From an uncultured Actinomycetota bacterium (GTDB lineage: Bacteria > Actinomycetota > Actinomycetes > Mycobacteriales > Mycobacteriaceae): 64,000 bases of DNA. Location of the stretch: contig CAWBXH010000005.1 of the NCBI GenBank assembly GCA_963792745.1, forward strand, positions 721,868-785,867, given 5' to 3'. Below, piece by piece: positions 21,073 to 34,300 of the stretch (position 1 is its first letter; each line of letters starts with the position of its first letter). The notes beneath the pieces are model-generated. The model saw nothing but the letters and a program-made list of their open reading frames with translations. It did not search any database and had not been told where the DNA came from. The position numbers and the translations under genes were made by a program.

Positions 21073-21897
21073 ATGAAGGGCTTCGACGGAAAGGTCGCCG
21101 TGGTCACGGGCGCCGGGTCCGGGATCGGCCAGGCGCTGGCGATCGAGCTCGGGCGTTCCGGCGCCAAGCTGGCGATCAGTGACGTCGACACCGAGGGGCT
21201 CGCGGTGACGGAGGAGCGGCTGGCCGCCATCGGTGCGCCGGTCAAATCCGACCGGCTCGACGTCACCGAGCGGGAGGCGTTCGCGCTGTATGCCGACGCT
21301 GTCAATGCCCACTTCGGCACCGTCAACCAGATCTACAACAACGCCGGCATCGCCTTCACGGGCGACATCGAGATCAGCCAGTTCAAGGATCTCGAGCGGG
21401 TGATGGACGTCGACTACTGGGGCGTGGTCAATGGCACGAAACTCTTTCTGCCGCACCTGATCGCATCGGGCGACGGCCACGTCGTCAACATCTCGAGCAT
21501 CTTCGGGCTGCTCTCGGTACCCGGTCAGGGCGCCTACAACGCGGCCAAGTTCGCGGTGCGCGGGTTCACCGAAGCGCTGCGCCAGGAGATGATCATCGCG
21601 GGGCATCCCGTGAAAGTGACGTGTGTGCACCCCGGCGGCATCAAGACCGCGATCGCCCGCAACGCCGGAGCGGCGGAAGGCCTGGACAAAGAGGAGCTGG
21701 CCAAGACGTTCGACAAGAGGCTGGCCAGCACGTCACCGCAGAAGGCGGCGCGGATCATCCTCGACGGCGTGCGCAAGAACAAGGCCCGCGTGCTGGTCGG
21801 CAACGACGCCAAGGCCCTCGACGTCCTCGTCCGGGCGACTGGATCGGGCTATCAGCGGCTGGTTGCCGCGGTGACATCGCGCGCGCTACCGAACTAG
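21073..21897 (+). CDS. Short-chain dehydrogenase/reductase, Rv1245c-like
   Basis: TGAGSGIG, NNAG, NISS, YNAAK catalytic motif. Confidence 0.92.
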   Translation: MKGFDGKVAVVTGAGSGIGQALAIELGRSGAKLAISDVDTEGLAVTEERLAAIGAPVKSDRLDVTEREAFALYADAVNAHFGTVNQIYNNAGIAFTGDIEISQFKDLERVMDVDYWGVVNGTKLFLPHLIASGDGHVVNISSIFGLLSVPGQGAYNAAKFAVRGFTEALRQEMIIAGHPVKVTCVHPGGIKTAIARNAGAAEGLDKEELAKTFDKRLASTSPQKAARIILDGVRKNKARVLVGNDAKALDVLVRATGSGYQRLVAAVTSRALPN

Positions 21898-21909
21898 CAG
21901 TAGCCGGCC

Positions 21910-22761
21910 CTAGCGGCTGGTCGCGCCCAGCGGGTGGTCTGCCAGAAACTCGTCGGCGACCTGGCCAGGGTCGGCGCCGTCAGCCACCCGACGCCGCATC
22001 TGCACCAGCCCCGCGGTGTCGAGCACTCCGGCCACCTCGTTGAGTGCAAGCAGTTGCATCTCGGACAGCTCGTTTCGGCGATACAGCGGCACCACGTTCT
22101 CGGCCCGGATCAACGCCGTGCGGTCGGCCAGCACGACCACGTCGCCGGGGATGTTCGGATCGGCCGTCGACGTCCACGCCGCGTTCACCTGCCCGGTTCG
22201 CAGCGCCCCGAAAAGCGTTGTGGCGTCGGCATATCCGCGGACGTCATTCTTGCACGTGCCGAGCGTCGCCGGTCGGGGCACACCGACGACCTGGCCGGGC
22301 TCGAGCCGGGCGCAGTTACGCACCGCCGCCGACGCATCCCGTCCGCCCCAGGCGTCGACGGTGGCCTCGGTGACCGCGAGCGCAGGCTTGTCCTCCGCCG
22401 ATTCGGTGTAGTCGCCCGCGGCCACACCTTCGGGTAGGGCCGACACCATGTCGCGGTACACCTGCGCGGGCGCGCGCGCCTTCGCGCCCGGCGCAAAGGT
22501 TTCCAGTAGTCGGCCGGTGAAGCCGGGCACCACCGCAACCTCCCCCGAGTCCAGCCCGGCCAGCGGGTCAGGCACCACCACGACACGGGCTGCCGTGCCG
22601 TAGGCCCGCAACGCCGACGCATACAGCTGGGCCAACACCTGTGATTGCGGATCGTCACGCGCCGCGACGGCCAGCGTCTGGCTGCCGCCGGTGCCACCGC
22701 ACCCGGCGAGCAACAGCGCGACAAGAGAACTCAGCGCGATCGCGAGCCGACGCGCGCCCAT
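21910..22761 (-). CDS. lpqZ: Glycine-betaine-type ABC substrate-binding lipoprotein
   Basis: Lipobox LLAGC after MGARRL. SQVLAQLYASAL and IRAENVVPLYR. Syntenic with Rv1244. Confidence 0.75.
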   Translation of the reverse strand: MGARRLAIALSSLVALLLAGCGGTGGSQTLAVAARDDPQSQVLAQLYASALRAYGTAARVVVVPDPLAGLDSGEVAVVPGFTGRLLETFAPGAKARAPAQVYRDMVSALPEGVAAGDYTESAEDKPALAVTEATVDAWGGRDASAAVRNCARLEPGQVVGVPRPATLGTCKNDVRGYADATTLFGALRTGQVNAAWTSTADPNIPGDVVVLADRTALIRAENVVPLYRRNELSEMQLLALNEVAGVLDTAGLVQMRRRVADGADPGQVADEFLADHPLGATSR

Positions 22762-22769
22762 CGGCGTGG

Positions 22770-23940
22770 TCAGACGTCCGCGGCCGCCGCGACCGCTTCG
22801 GCCACCGCGGGCTCGACGCGCGGGTCCAGCGGGCTCGGAACGATGTATTCCGTCGAGAGATCGACGCCCACCACCCCGAAGATCGCCTCCGCGGCGGCCA
22901 CCTTCATCTTCTCGGTGATGCGGCGGGCGCCCGAGTCCAACGCGCCGCGGAACACACCGGGAAACGCCAGCACGTTGTTGATCTGGTTCAGGAAGTCGCT
23001 GCGGCCGGTCGCGACGACGGCGGCGTGCTTGGCGGCGACCTCCGGATGGATCTCCGGGTCGGGGTTGGACAGTGCGAACACGATGCCTTCGGGCGCCATC
23101 GTCGCGATGAGCTCCTCGGGCACGACGCCGCCCGAAAGCCCGAGGAACATGTCGGCACCCTTGAGCGCCTCGACCATTCCGCCCGAGAGACCGTCGGGGT
23201 TGGTGCGCTGCGCCAGGTCCAGCTTCACCGGCGTGAGGTCCTCGCGATGCGGATGCAGGATTCCACGGGAGTCCAGCACCGTCATGTCCGAGACACCGGC
23301 AGCCAGAAGAATGTTTGCGCATGCCATGCCCGCCGCGCCGACGCCGGAGATCACCACGCGCAGCGACGCGATGTCACGGCCGAGCACTTTGGTGGCGCCC
23401 AGCGTCGCGGCGAGCACGACGATCGCGGTGCCGTGTTGGTCGTCGTGCATCACCGGGCAGTCGAGCGCCTCGATGAGGCGCCGTTCGATCTCGAAGCAGC
23501 GCGGTGCGGAGATGTCCTCGAGGTTCACCGCCCCGAACGTCGGCCGAAGCCGCACCAGGGTCTCGACGATCTCGTCGGGATCCTTGGTGTCCAGCACGAT
23601 CGGAATCGAGTCCAGGCCGGCGTATGCCTTGAACAGCCCGCATTTGCCCTCCATCACCGGCAGCGACGCGGCCGGTCCGATGTCGCCGAGGCCGAGCACC
23701 GCGCTGCCGTCGCTGACCACGGCCACCAGACGGCTTGCCCAGGTGTAGCGGGCGGCCAGGGTGCGGTCGGCGGCGATCGCGCGACTGACCTGCGCGACGC
23801 CCGGGGTGTAGGCGATCGACAATGCGCGCTGGGTGTGCAGCGGTGCCTTTAGCTCAACGGACAGCTTGCCGGCTACGTGAGCTTCGAAAATCTCCTCGTC
23901 GGTGACGACGATCTGCGGAGTTTCTAGGCTTCTCAGACAC
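22770..23940 (-). CDS. NAD(P)-dependent malic enzyme; probable +1 frameshift just after the natural start
   Basis: IAYTPGVA, VVSDGSAVLGLGDIG, PVMEGK, NLEDI, HDDQHGTA, ALSNP. The frame is open to EIFEAHVAGKLSV, but the GTG at 23940 is one base out of frame. Confidence 0.85.
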
Positions 23941-23977
23941 GGCCCTCAGGTTAGCGACGAACTGGTAGGTAACCTAA

Positions 23978-25324
23978 TCAGCCTTGTCTCGAATGAGACT
24001 CGGTTCGGTGACCCTGCTGGGCCGTCACCCGAGGTACCCGTACCGCGGCCATCGCCACAAGGCCCGCAGCCAGCACCACACACAGCCCACCCATTCCGGC
24101 CCGGTCGGTGCCGAACAGATCGATGAACGTAAAGAACATCCACGGCGCCAGGAAGGACGCTGCGCGCCCGGTGGTGGTGTAGAGGCCGAAGGCCGTCCCT
24201 TCCTTTCCCTCCGCCGACATTCGCAGCATCAGCGCCCGCGCGGACGCCAGAGTGGGCCCGACGAACAGGCACAGAAGCAGCCCGCAGATCCAGAACGCCC
24301 GCGCGCCGGAGAGAGTCAGCAAGACCAGTCCGGTGGCGATCATGGCGCTGAGCGAGCCGACGATGACGGGTTTGGAGCCGACACGATCGTCGAGCCGGCC
24401 GCCCGCCACCGCACCGATAGCGGCGACGCTGCTGGCACATATGCCGAACACCAGCACGTCCGCCTGCGAGACGCCGTACACGTTCACGCCGAGCACGGCA
24501 CCGAACGCGAAGATGCCGGTCAGCCCATCCCTGAACACTGCGCTGGCCAATAGGTAGTAGACGACGTTGTGGTCGCGTCGCCACTCTGTCTTCACCTCGT
24601 CCCAGAGCGCGCGATAGGCGCCGAGAACCCCGGTGATCGGTCGACGGTCGACGGGGGCGGGCGTGCGCATCGACATCAGTAGCGGTAGCGCGAACAGAGC
24701 GAACCAAGCCGCGGCGAGCAACATCGCCGCTCGCACGTGCTGGCCGTCGGCCGCCGGGAGGCCCAGTAGGCCGCGGGTGTCGCCGTCGCCCTTGATGAAG
24801 CCGAAATAGAGGACCAGCAGCAACAGCACACTGCCGAGGTATCCCGAGGCCGAGCCGAGCCCGGAGATCCGGCCCGAGGTCTTCCCCGTCGAAAGGTCCC
24901 CCAACACGGCGTTGTAGGGCACCGTCGCCAGATCACTGCACGCCGCGCAGCATGCCAGTAGGACCAAGCCCGGCCCCAGATAGTGGTAGTCGGCCCGGAT
25001 CAGGCTCATCGCCGATGTCACCGCGACGACCGCGGCGGTGAGCACGGCGAGTGCTGTTCGGCGACGGTGGGTGGCGTCGACCCAGATCCCGGTGGCCGGC
25101 GCCAGCAGCGCGACGCACAGCCCCGCGATCGCCAGCACCCGGCCGAGCCAGCTCGCCGGTGTCGTGGGGCCGGGCAAACCCGAACCGACCTGCTCGGTCA
25201 GGTAGACGGAGAAGACGAAGGTGATGACGACGGCATTTACGCCCGTTGCGCCGCAATCCCACAGAGCCCACGCCAACACCGCAGACCTCGAGGTGGTGCG
25301 AGAATCCGCCCCGCGGTTGGTCAT
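23978..25324 (-). CDS. MFS transporter (UMF1/Atg22-like)
   Basis: AWALWDCG, about 12 hydrophobic segments, SGRISGLG, AVFRDG, AFGLYTTTGR. Confidence 0.82.
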   Translation of the reverse strand: MTNRGADSRTTSRSAVLAWALWDCGATGVNAVVITFVFSVYLTEQVGSGLPGPTTPASWLGRVLAIAGLCVALLAPATGIWVDATHRRRTALAVLTAAVVAVTSAMSLIRADYHYLGPGLVLLACCAACSDLATVPYNAVLGDLSTGKTSGRISGLGSASGYLGSVLLLLVLYFGFIKGDGDTRGLLGLPAADGQHVRAAMLLAAAWFALFALPLLMSMRTPAPVDRRPITGVLGAYRALWDEVKTEWRRDHNVVYYLLASAVFRDGLTGIFAFGAVLGVNVYGVSQADVLVFGICASSVAAIGAVAGGRLDDRVGSKPVIVGSLSAMIATGLVLLTLSGARAFWICGLLLCLFVGPTLASARALMLRMSAEGKEGTAFGLYTTTGRAASFLAPWMFFTFIDLFGTDRAGMGGLCVVLAAGLVAMAAVRVPRVTAQQGHRTESHSRQG

Positions 25325-25349
25325 TGATCGACTCAGCAGAAACCGGACA

Positions 25350-28300
25350 TCATGAGGGCCCGGACGCATCGACGGATTCCACGTCACCGGGCTGTGCGTC
25401 GAGCTCGGGCAGCTGGGCGACGAGATACTCGGCGAGTCCCCCGATGGTCGGATAGTCGAATACCGCGGTCGCGTTGATCGTGAACGCGCCGCCGAACTGA
25501 CTGTGCAACCGGTTGCGCAGTTCGATCGCCATCAGTGAATCCGTACCCAGGTCCAGGAACCGACTGGTTGCGGGGGGCGGTTGCGCGAGGCGCAGGAAGT
25601 TCTGCACTTCCCGCTGAAGGAATTCGGTCACGAAACCGGCGCGCTGCGGCACCGGTATCTCCTGCAGCTGCCGAAGCAACTCGCTGTCACCGGTTGCCTC
25701 CTCGACTGCACTCGGCAACACCTGGTCGAGAATCGGTGGGCGAGAGGCGCCCAACAACTTCGCGGCACGCTGCCAGTTGGCTTTGATGACGATTGCCTGC
25801 CCGGTGCCGTTCGCGACGACCTCGGCGAGTGCGCTCAGTGCGGCCGAGGGCTCCAGCGGCACCAGGCCCTGCGCACCGAGATTGGCGCGCGCGGCCTCCG
25901 AAGAAGCCATGCCACCGTCGGCCCAGGGACCGAAGTTGATGCCCGTGGCCGGCAGGCCCTGCGCCCTTCTTTGCGCGACCAGCCCGTCGAGCAGCGCATT
26001 GGCAGTCGCGTAGTTGGATTGACCGGGTGAACCGAACAAACTGGACACCGAGGAGGACACGATGAAGAAGTCCAGATCGTCGTCCTTCGTCAATCGGTCC
26101 AGGTAGCAGGCACCGAATGCCTTGGGCGCCAACGTCGTTCGGAATCGCTCCAAGCTCTGCTGCGACAGCAGTGCATCGTCGAGCACGCCGGCCAGATGCA
26201 CGACGCCGGCGAGCGGCGGCAGCTCCGCGCGGATTCGGTCCAGTAGTTTGGCAACTTCGGACTCGTCGCCGACATCGGCGGCGAAGGTGTGGATGCGGCA
26301 CCGGGAGCGCTCGGTGATCTCCTCGATTACCCGTTGCGCGTCCTCATCGGGCGCGCGCCGGCTGGTCAACACGATGTCACCGGCACCGAGTTGGGCCAGA
26401 TACGACGCCGTGTGCAGACCGATCGCACCGAGCCCACCGGTGATCAGATAGCTCCGATCGGCTTGTGGCTGCAGCGGTTTCGATATCTGCAGCACGATCT
26501 TCCCGATGTGTCGTGCCTGCTGCATGCGGCGGAACGCGGCCCTCGCCTCCGTCAGCGGGTAGATCTCGGCGGGCAGTGGTGTCCACTCGCCAGTGCCCAA
26601 CCCGTCGGACACCTCGTTCAACAAACGCTTGATGTGATCGGGGTTCTGCAGCGTGGTCACATCCAGCGCCACGATCTCGTAGGCGATGTCTGGACGGGCC
26701 GCCGCCATCTGCTCCGGTGTCCAGATGTCGCGCTTGGCGATCTCGGCGAAACGGCCGTTCTGGGCGGTGGCCCGCACGGTCGCCTCGAGAAATCCCTCGT
26801 TGGTCAGGCTGTTGAGCACCACGTCGACGCCCTCGCCGTCGGTGTCGGCAAGGATTTGCTCGGCGAAATCCGTAGTGCGCGAGTCATAAACAAATTTCAC
26901 CCCCATTTTCCGCAGCGTCGCGCGTTTGTAGGTGCTGGCGGTCGCGAAGACGACGGCGCCGTGCTGCTGTGCCATCTGGATCGCGGCAAGCCCGACGCCA
27001 CCGCTGGCGGCATGAATGAGCACTCGGTCGCCGGGCTGCAGCTGCGCCCAGTCGAACGCGAGTCGGGCAGTGAGCGCCGCAGCGGGAATGGTGGCCGCGG
27101 CAACCGCGCCCACTCCGTCGGGCACCGGCGCCAGTAACTGCGACGGCACGTTGAACCGGCTGGAGAATGCGCCTTGCATGAAGCCGTAGACGTGCTGGCC
27201 GACCTCGAGTCCCGTTACGCCGTCACCCAATTGGGTGACGATGCCGGCGAAGTCCCCGCCGATGGGGCCCGGATCACCCGGGTAGAGACCGAGCACATTG
27301 AGCACATCGCGAAAGTTCAGGCCCGCGGCTTCCACCCGGACCTGGACGTACCCCTCGTCCGGTGGCGGCACGTCCGACTCCATCAGACGCAGGTTGTCGA
27401 TCGCGCCGCGTTCGGTGGGCGCCAGGACGTAGTCGCGCGAGCGCGGTACCGCGAGGTGACCGCTGCGCGCCCAATGCAGCAAGCGCGACACAAGCAACTT
27501 TCCTTGCCGCAATGCGAGTTCCGGCTCCTCGATCGGTGCGGCGAGCAGGTCCGTCAGTAGCTGCACCGCCTCCTGCGATCCGTCGGAATCGACCAGTTTG
27601 CAGCGTAGGGCCGGTTCCTCGTTGACCGTGGTGCGCCCGAACCCCCAGAGCGCTGCCTGCACTGGATCGACCGGCTCGCCGGACTCGGTTGCCACGGCGT
27701 GCTCGGTGATGATCCACAGTCCGCCGGGCAGTTTCACCTCACCGCCCTGCACGGCGTGCACGGCACCGAGCAGGTTGGCGATCTCGTCCTCGAGCCGCGC
27801 GGCGGCAGCGGCGCTCGACTCCTGTGGGCCCGGCGCTGCGGCGCGCCAGACGACGCCGGCAAACGGCACACCGCGCTCGTGAGCTTGTGCCAACACCTGC
27901 CCCAAGGGCTCGGGATCGGTAGTCGGGTCGAACGGGATGCAGCCGGCAACATTGGCCGCGAGTTCGTCGAACCCGGCAATAAGCCAGGTGCCGTTCGCAT
28001 CTCCGGCGTCGTCACTCACCGCCGGCGGTGGCACCTCTTGCCAACCAAGGGTGTACAGCAGCCTGGTGGTGTCGCCACCGAGCCCGCGCAACAACGCCTC
28101 CCGCGGCGCGCGTTTGACCGTGAACTCGCGAATCCCGCCCAGCTGGCGGCCATCCCGGTCGACGAAATCGAGGTCGAAGACCTGCGTTTCGCTGTCGAGG
28201 CCACTGGTGTGCCACTTCGCGTGGCAGTAGAACCGTCGAGGCATCTTCTCCCGCAGCATCACCTGCCCGTACCGCAACGGCAAGAACAGATCGTTCACGC

Positions 28301-31300
28301 CCTGTTCGGCCGCGAGAAGTGCCGGGAATGCGGGGAAGGCTACTCCGGTACACAGGTCCATCAGCACCGGATGCATCGGCTCGGATCCAAGGTGCTCGGC
28401 CAGCTCTTCGCCGACGGTGATGTCGCCGATCGCCTCACCCTCGCCAAGCCACAGCGACTTCAGGGAACCCGACCAGTTGGGACCCCATGCCAGCTCCATG
28501 TCGGCGAAGGTCTCGAACAGCTCCTGTGGACGCATGCGGTTCAACCGCTCGATCATCGTGTCGACGGCTTCTGCAGTCTGGCTTGACGTCTCGTCATCGA
28601 CACCGGTGACAACGGTGCCATCGGCGTTCAGCGACCATTCGGCATCGCGAACACCGTAGGGGCGGCTGTGCACCCGAAAGGTCGATTCGCCGCTCTCCTC
28701 GAGTGGAGACAACGTCAGCTGTACCTCGCGAGAACTCCTCTCGGGCAGGATGATCGGCTCGTAGAAGAAGACGTCTTTCACCCGCGCAGGTGGACCGACT
28801 GCGGCCAACGCCATCGCTGCATACGTCGCCCCTGGGACCACAACGGTGCCGTAGATGACGTGGTCGGACAGCCACGGCTGCGATTTGACGGACAACCTGC
28901 TGGTGTAGACGCAGTCACCCGACGCGAGATCTTTTGCACTACCCAGGATCCCGGACACCGCATGACCGTCGACGGCGATACCGGACGTCTTGGGCCAGAA
29001 ACGACGCCGTTGAAACGGATAGGTGGGCAATTCGAGTCTGCGACGGGGCTGTCGATGCAGCGCAGCGAAATCGGGCCGGTGGCCGCCGACGTAGGCCGAG
29101 GCGAGCGCGTCGGCGATCTGGCGCCGGTCGCCGACGCCCTTCCGCAGCGAGACGATCGCCCGCGGCGCGGCCAAGTGCTCCGGCCAGACCTGCACCGCAG
29201 CCCCGGTCAGCACCGGTTGCGGACCGATCTCCATCAACACCGAGCATCCCAGCGCCGCGACGGTACGCACACTTTCGGCGAATTGAACCGGCTGGCGGGA
29301 ATGCCGCCGCCAGTATTGAGCATCGAGCGGGGTTTGGGCCGTGAGCACGGCGCCGCTGCGGTTGCAGACCAGCGGCAACGTCGGGACAGCGAACTCCAAG
29401 TGCGCTGCGTACGACTCGAATTCAGTGAGCACCGGATCCAGCAATTCCGAGTGGAAGGCGTGGCTGGTATCCAGCCAGGTGCAGCGGATCCCCTCGTCAC
29501 CGAATCCGGCGACTATCTTCTCCAGCTCCTCACCCGGACCCGAGAGCACGGTATTGGGTCCGTTGTAGGCCGCGACCGACACTCGCGGGAATGCGCTGGC
29601 GCGGTCCTCGACGTGTTTGGCGTCGGTGAACACCGCGACCATTCGCCCGCCTTCGGGCAGGCTGCCGAACAGCCTGCCGCGCTCGGCCATCAGCCGGGCG
29701 CCGTCCTCGATGCTGAACACTCCGGCCACACATGCCGCTGCGTACTGGCCCACGCTGTGCCCCAGCACGACGTCTGGCTCGATGCCCCACGACTGCCACA
29801 GCCGGGCCAGCCCCATCTCGACGGCGAAAAGCGCCGGCTGAGCAAACGACGTGTGCCGCAGCGTTTTTCCGGCCTCGCCACCAGTTTCGCGATCGGTGGC
29901 GAACAGCACCTCCAGAAGCGGACGCGGCAGGATGTCACTGATCGCGTCCACGCAACGTGTCACGGTTTCGGCGAAAACCGGCTGGGTGTCGAACAACTCA
30001 CGGGCCATCCCCGGGTACTGGCTGCCCTGCCCGGTGAACAACCACGCCGTCGTCGGGCGGTGCGTGTGCTCGCCGCGCACGACACCGGGTCGCAGACGGT
30101 TCTCGGCCAACTCGGCCAAGCCGTCGCGCGCATCCTCGACCGAATCCACGACCAGCGCGGCGCGATGTTCGAAATGCGAACGGCCTGTGCCGGCGGTGAG
30201 GCACACGTCGGCGAGATCGACATCGGGGTGTGCGTTCAACCAGGACTCATAACGGCGAGCCAACGCCACCAGTGCTTCCGGTGTCCGCGCGGACAGCGCC
30301 AGCACATTGACGGGCTGCTCGGGAGTGACCGGTTCCGGGGTTACCGCGACATCGTTTTCCGGGCCTGCTGGTTCCTCGTCGGCGGTCGCCGGTTGTGCCG
30401 GTGCCTCTTCGATCAGCACGTGCGCGTTGGTGCCGGTGAAGCCGAAGGAACTGACGCCTGCGCGCCGCGGCCTGCCGTTGGCGTGCCACGGAATCGCCTT
30501 GTCCACGACCCGCACCGGCAGCGAGTCCCACGGGATGTGCGGCGACGGGTTGTCGAAGTGCAGGCTCTGCGGCAACAGTTCGTGCTGCAGCGACAAGACG
30601 ACTTTGATCAGACCTGCTGCCCCTGATGCCGACTCGAGGTGACCGATGTTGGACTTCACCGATCCCATCAGTAACGGTCGGTCCGCGTCACGCGAGGCAC
30701 CGTAGGCGGCCGCGGCAGCCTGCACCTCGATCGGATCGCCCAGCGGGGTGCCCGTCCCGTGCGCCTCGAGGTAGTCGACATCCCCGCCTGCCAGACCGGC
30801 GCGGGCCAGCGCCGCCCCGATAAGCCGTTGCTGTGCACCACCATTGGGCACGGTCAAACCACTGGATGCGCCGTCCTGGTTGACAGCGCTGCTGGGAATC
30901 ACCGCGCAGACCCGATCGCCATCGCGCACCGCGTCGCTCAGCCTCTTGAGCACGAGGATTCCGCAGCCTTCGCTGCGCACGTAGCCGTCGGCCGAAGCGT
31001 CGAACGTCTTGCATCGCCCGACCGGCGAAAGCATCCTGGCGCGGGAGGCGGCGATGACCGTGACGGGGCTCAGCAAGACGTTCACACCGCCGGCCAACGC
31101 CATGTCGCAGTCACCGGAGTGCAAAGCCTGGCAGGCCTGATGGACGGCCACCAACGCCGAGCTGCATGCGGTGTCGACCGCCACCGCCGGTCCTTCGAGT
31201 CCCAGCGCGAAGGCAACCCGACCGGAAACGGCGTTGAGCGCGTTGCCGGTGATGAAGTAGGGCTCGATCTTGTCGATCGACTCCGACGACAGCAGATGCG

Positions 31301-34300
31301 AATACTCGTTTGCACCGACACCCACGAAGATGCCGGTTCGGCTGCCGCGCAGCGCCCCTGGCGAAAGCCCCGCGCGTTCCAAGCCCTCCCATGCCGTTTC
31401 GAGCATCAGCCGTTGCTGTGGCTCGATCCAGACAGCCTCGCGCGGGGAGATGCCGAAGAATTCGGGATCGAATTCATCGATTCCGTCGAGGAATCCGCCG
31501 AAGCGCGTGTAGGTCTTTCCCGGAGTCTCTGGATCCGGGTCGTAGAACTCGTCGATGTCGAATCGGTCATCCGGGACTTCCCGGATCGCATCGACACCGC
31601 CGGCCAGCACCTCCCAGAAAGCTTCCGGGTCGGGTGCGCCCGGGAAACGGCACGACACCGCGACGATCGCGATCGGTTCGTCCGTGCGCGTCGTCGCCGC
31701 TGACGCCGGCTCAGGCGCCGATTTGTCGGATGCCTGCTCGCTGAGCCCGAGCACCTCGCCGAGCAGATAGTCCGCCGCATCGGACAGCCGGGGGTGATCC
31801 ATCACCAGGGTGACCGGAATCTCGCGGCCCACTCCTTGTTCGATGCGGCGCCGCAGTTCGACTGCCATCAACGAATCCATGCCGAGGTCGAAGAAGCCCG
31901 CGTCCTCGCGGATCTCCGCGGCATCGACACGCGTCACCTCTGCCACCGCGTCGCGCAGATAATCCGTCAGAAGCTTCTTGCGCTGCTGCACTGGAGCATT
32001 GGTGAGCCGCTCGACGAACGGGGTCTTCCCGGACGCCGTTGGCGCCTGCGTTATTTCAGGCACCTCACGCTCCAGCTCAGCCAGGAATGCTCGCCTCCCC
32101 GCCTGCTGGTACAGCGGCAGGAAACGGGCCCAGTCGATTCGGGCCACTATTCCTTGAGCGGGCCTCTGCGCCGAGGAAGCCGCCACCACATCGGCCAGAC
32201 CCGCTAGTGCATCGCCAGGCGATAATGCCCGGACGCCTCGTTTGTCCAGTCGCGCACGAGACTCTGCGTCAGCCATGCCCGCCGACCAAGGACCGAAATT
32301 GACGCTGATTCCAGAGATGCCCTGCTCGCGCTGGCGCCAGGCCAGGCCGTCGAGGAAGGCGTTGGCGGCGGCGTAGGCGGTCTGACCGAAGCCGCCCCAC
32401 ACCGATGCGACCGAGGAGGTGCTGAGGAAGAAATCCAACTTCAGGTCAGCGGCTGCTTCGCTCAAATGCCAAGCACCCCAGACCTTCCCGGCGAAGACCC
32501 GATCTACTTCGGCATCGTCCAGGGTGCTCAGTGGAGTGGTACCGATCTCGCCCGCGGCGTGGACGATTCCGGCCAGCGGCGGTAGCTCGGCCTGCACGGT
32601 GGCCAATAGGCGTGCGACGTCATGCGCATCGGCGACATCGGTAGCGACGACCCGTATTTCGCAGCCGTGCTGTTCGCGAAGCGCGTCGATACGCCGTTGT
32701 GCATCATCGCTGGGCGGGCGTCGGCCGGTCAGCACTAGATGTCGGGCGCCGTGCGCAGTCAGGTATCCGGCAATTTCCAGCCCGATAGACCCCAACCCGC
32801 CGGTCACCAAATACGTTGCGTCGTTGCGCAATTCCAGTGGTGTAGCGCTCGCCGGTCCATCCCGTCGAACCAGCCTGGGAACATAGAGCGCTTGATCACG
32901 TAACGCGATTTGGTCTTCACCACGCTGCTGCGCTACCACCTGGTTGAGGAACCGCGACCATTCGTCGGCAGAGCCTTCACCCAGATCCGCCAGTCCGCCC
33001 CACACGTGCGGAAGCTCCAGCGAGGCGGCACGACCGAATCCCCAGAGGCAACTCTGATCCGGCGATACGGTGTCCGTTTCGGTGACTCGCTGCGCGCCAC
33101 GGGTCACCACCCAGATGGGTCTGCGCAGTTCCGCGATGATCGCGGCGCGAAAGAGCCGCCGCGTTCCACGAAGGATTTGGTGTTGCATTCGCAACAGTGA
33201 CCGCATCGATGGTGCACCGTCAGAGTCGAGCGCCGCGACATGCACGATGCGTAGCGTCGGATCGTCTACTGCCGCAGCGCGTAACGCGTCTGCGAGCCGT
33301 TGTTCGTCCGCGTCGGATGCCGGCAACGCGAGGATCCGATGCTGCTGCCCTCGCGCGGTCAGCGCGTCGACCAACGGCTGAACCGCCGGAGAATCATCAC
33401 CTATGAGCAGCCACGTAGATTCCTCGCCGGCTTGCGCAGCCGAGACTGTGGTGGGGGATTTCTCCCAGCGAATCTCGTAGCGGTCATCGGCGATGGATTG
33501 GGAGCTACGTTGCTGGTTGTGTTGTGCCGCAAGCTTGGTCAGCACATTCAGGGTGTCACGGTCGCCGCTCGCACCGTCGAGTAGGGCCGCAAGCTCTTCG
33601 ATCCGCCCGTCCTCGAGAAGACGGACGGCTTCGGTACGCGGTCCGCCAAGCTGCTGTTGGTCGTTCGGGACCTGCCGATTGTCGCTATACCAGTACTGGC
33701 GATGCTCGAACGGATAGGTGGGTAGGTCGAGCTTTCGCGCATGCGCCTGCCGGAATGCGCCGAAATCGGGCAGGTGCCCCAATGCGTACGCGTCGGCAAC
33801 GGCCTCGGTGATCTGTCGGTGGTCGGCGGCGTTTCGGCGCAGGGACGCGATCGCCCGCGGTGCGGTGGCCGGGTCAGGCCATGCCCGCAAGGCTGCGGCG
33901 GTGAGCACCGGTTGTGGGCCGATCTCGAGCAACACTTTGCAACTCAGATCGGCAAGGGTGCGGACGCTCTTGGCGAATTCCACCGGCTGGCGCGCGTGAC
34001 GGCGCCAATAGGCGCCATCGAGTTTCACGCTCCTGCCGAGCGCGCTGCCGGTGCGGTTGTCAATGAGTATCCGTTGTGGCGTATCGAAATCGAATCGCTG
34101 CGCATACGACTCGAATTCGTCGAGGATCGGGTCCAGCAGCGCCGAGTGGAATGCGTGGCTGGTGTCCAGCCAATCACACCGGACACCGTCGGCAGTCAAC
34201 GTGGCCACCGCCTGGTCCAGATCGTGCGCAGGTCCCGACAGCACGGTGTTGGCACCGTTGTAGGCGGCGACCGAGAGACTGGGGAAATCGTCGGTGAGGC

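Noticed and set aside
21910-23322. 470-aa ORF suggesting a long LpqZ or a fusion with the malic enzyme
   Set aside because: The upstream part is an alternative frame over the malic enzyme. The signal peptide and lipobox start at 22761.
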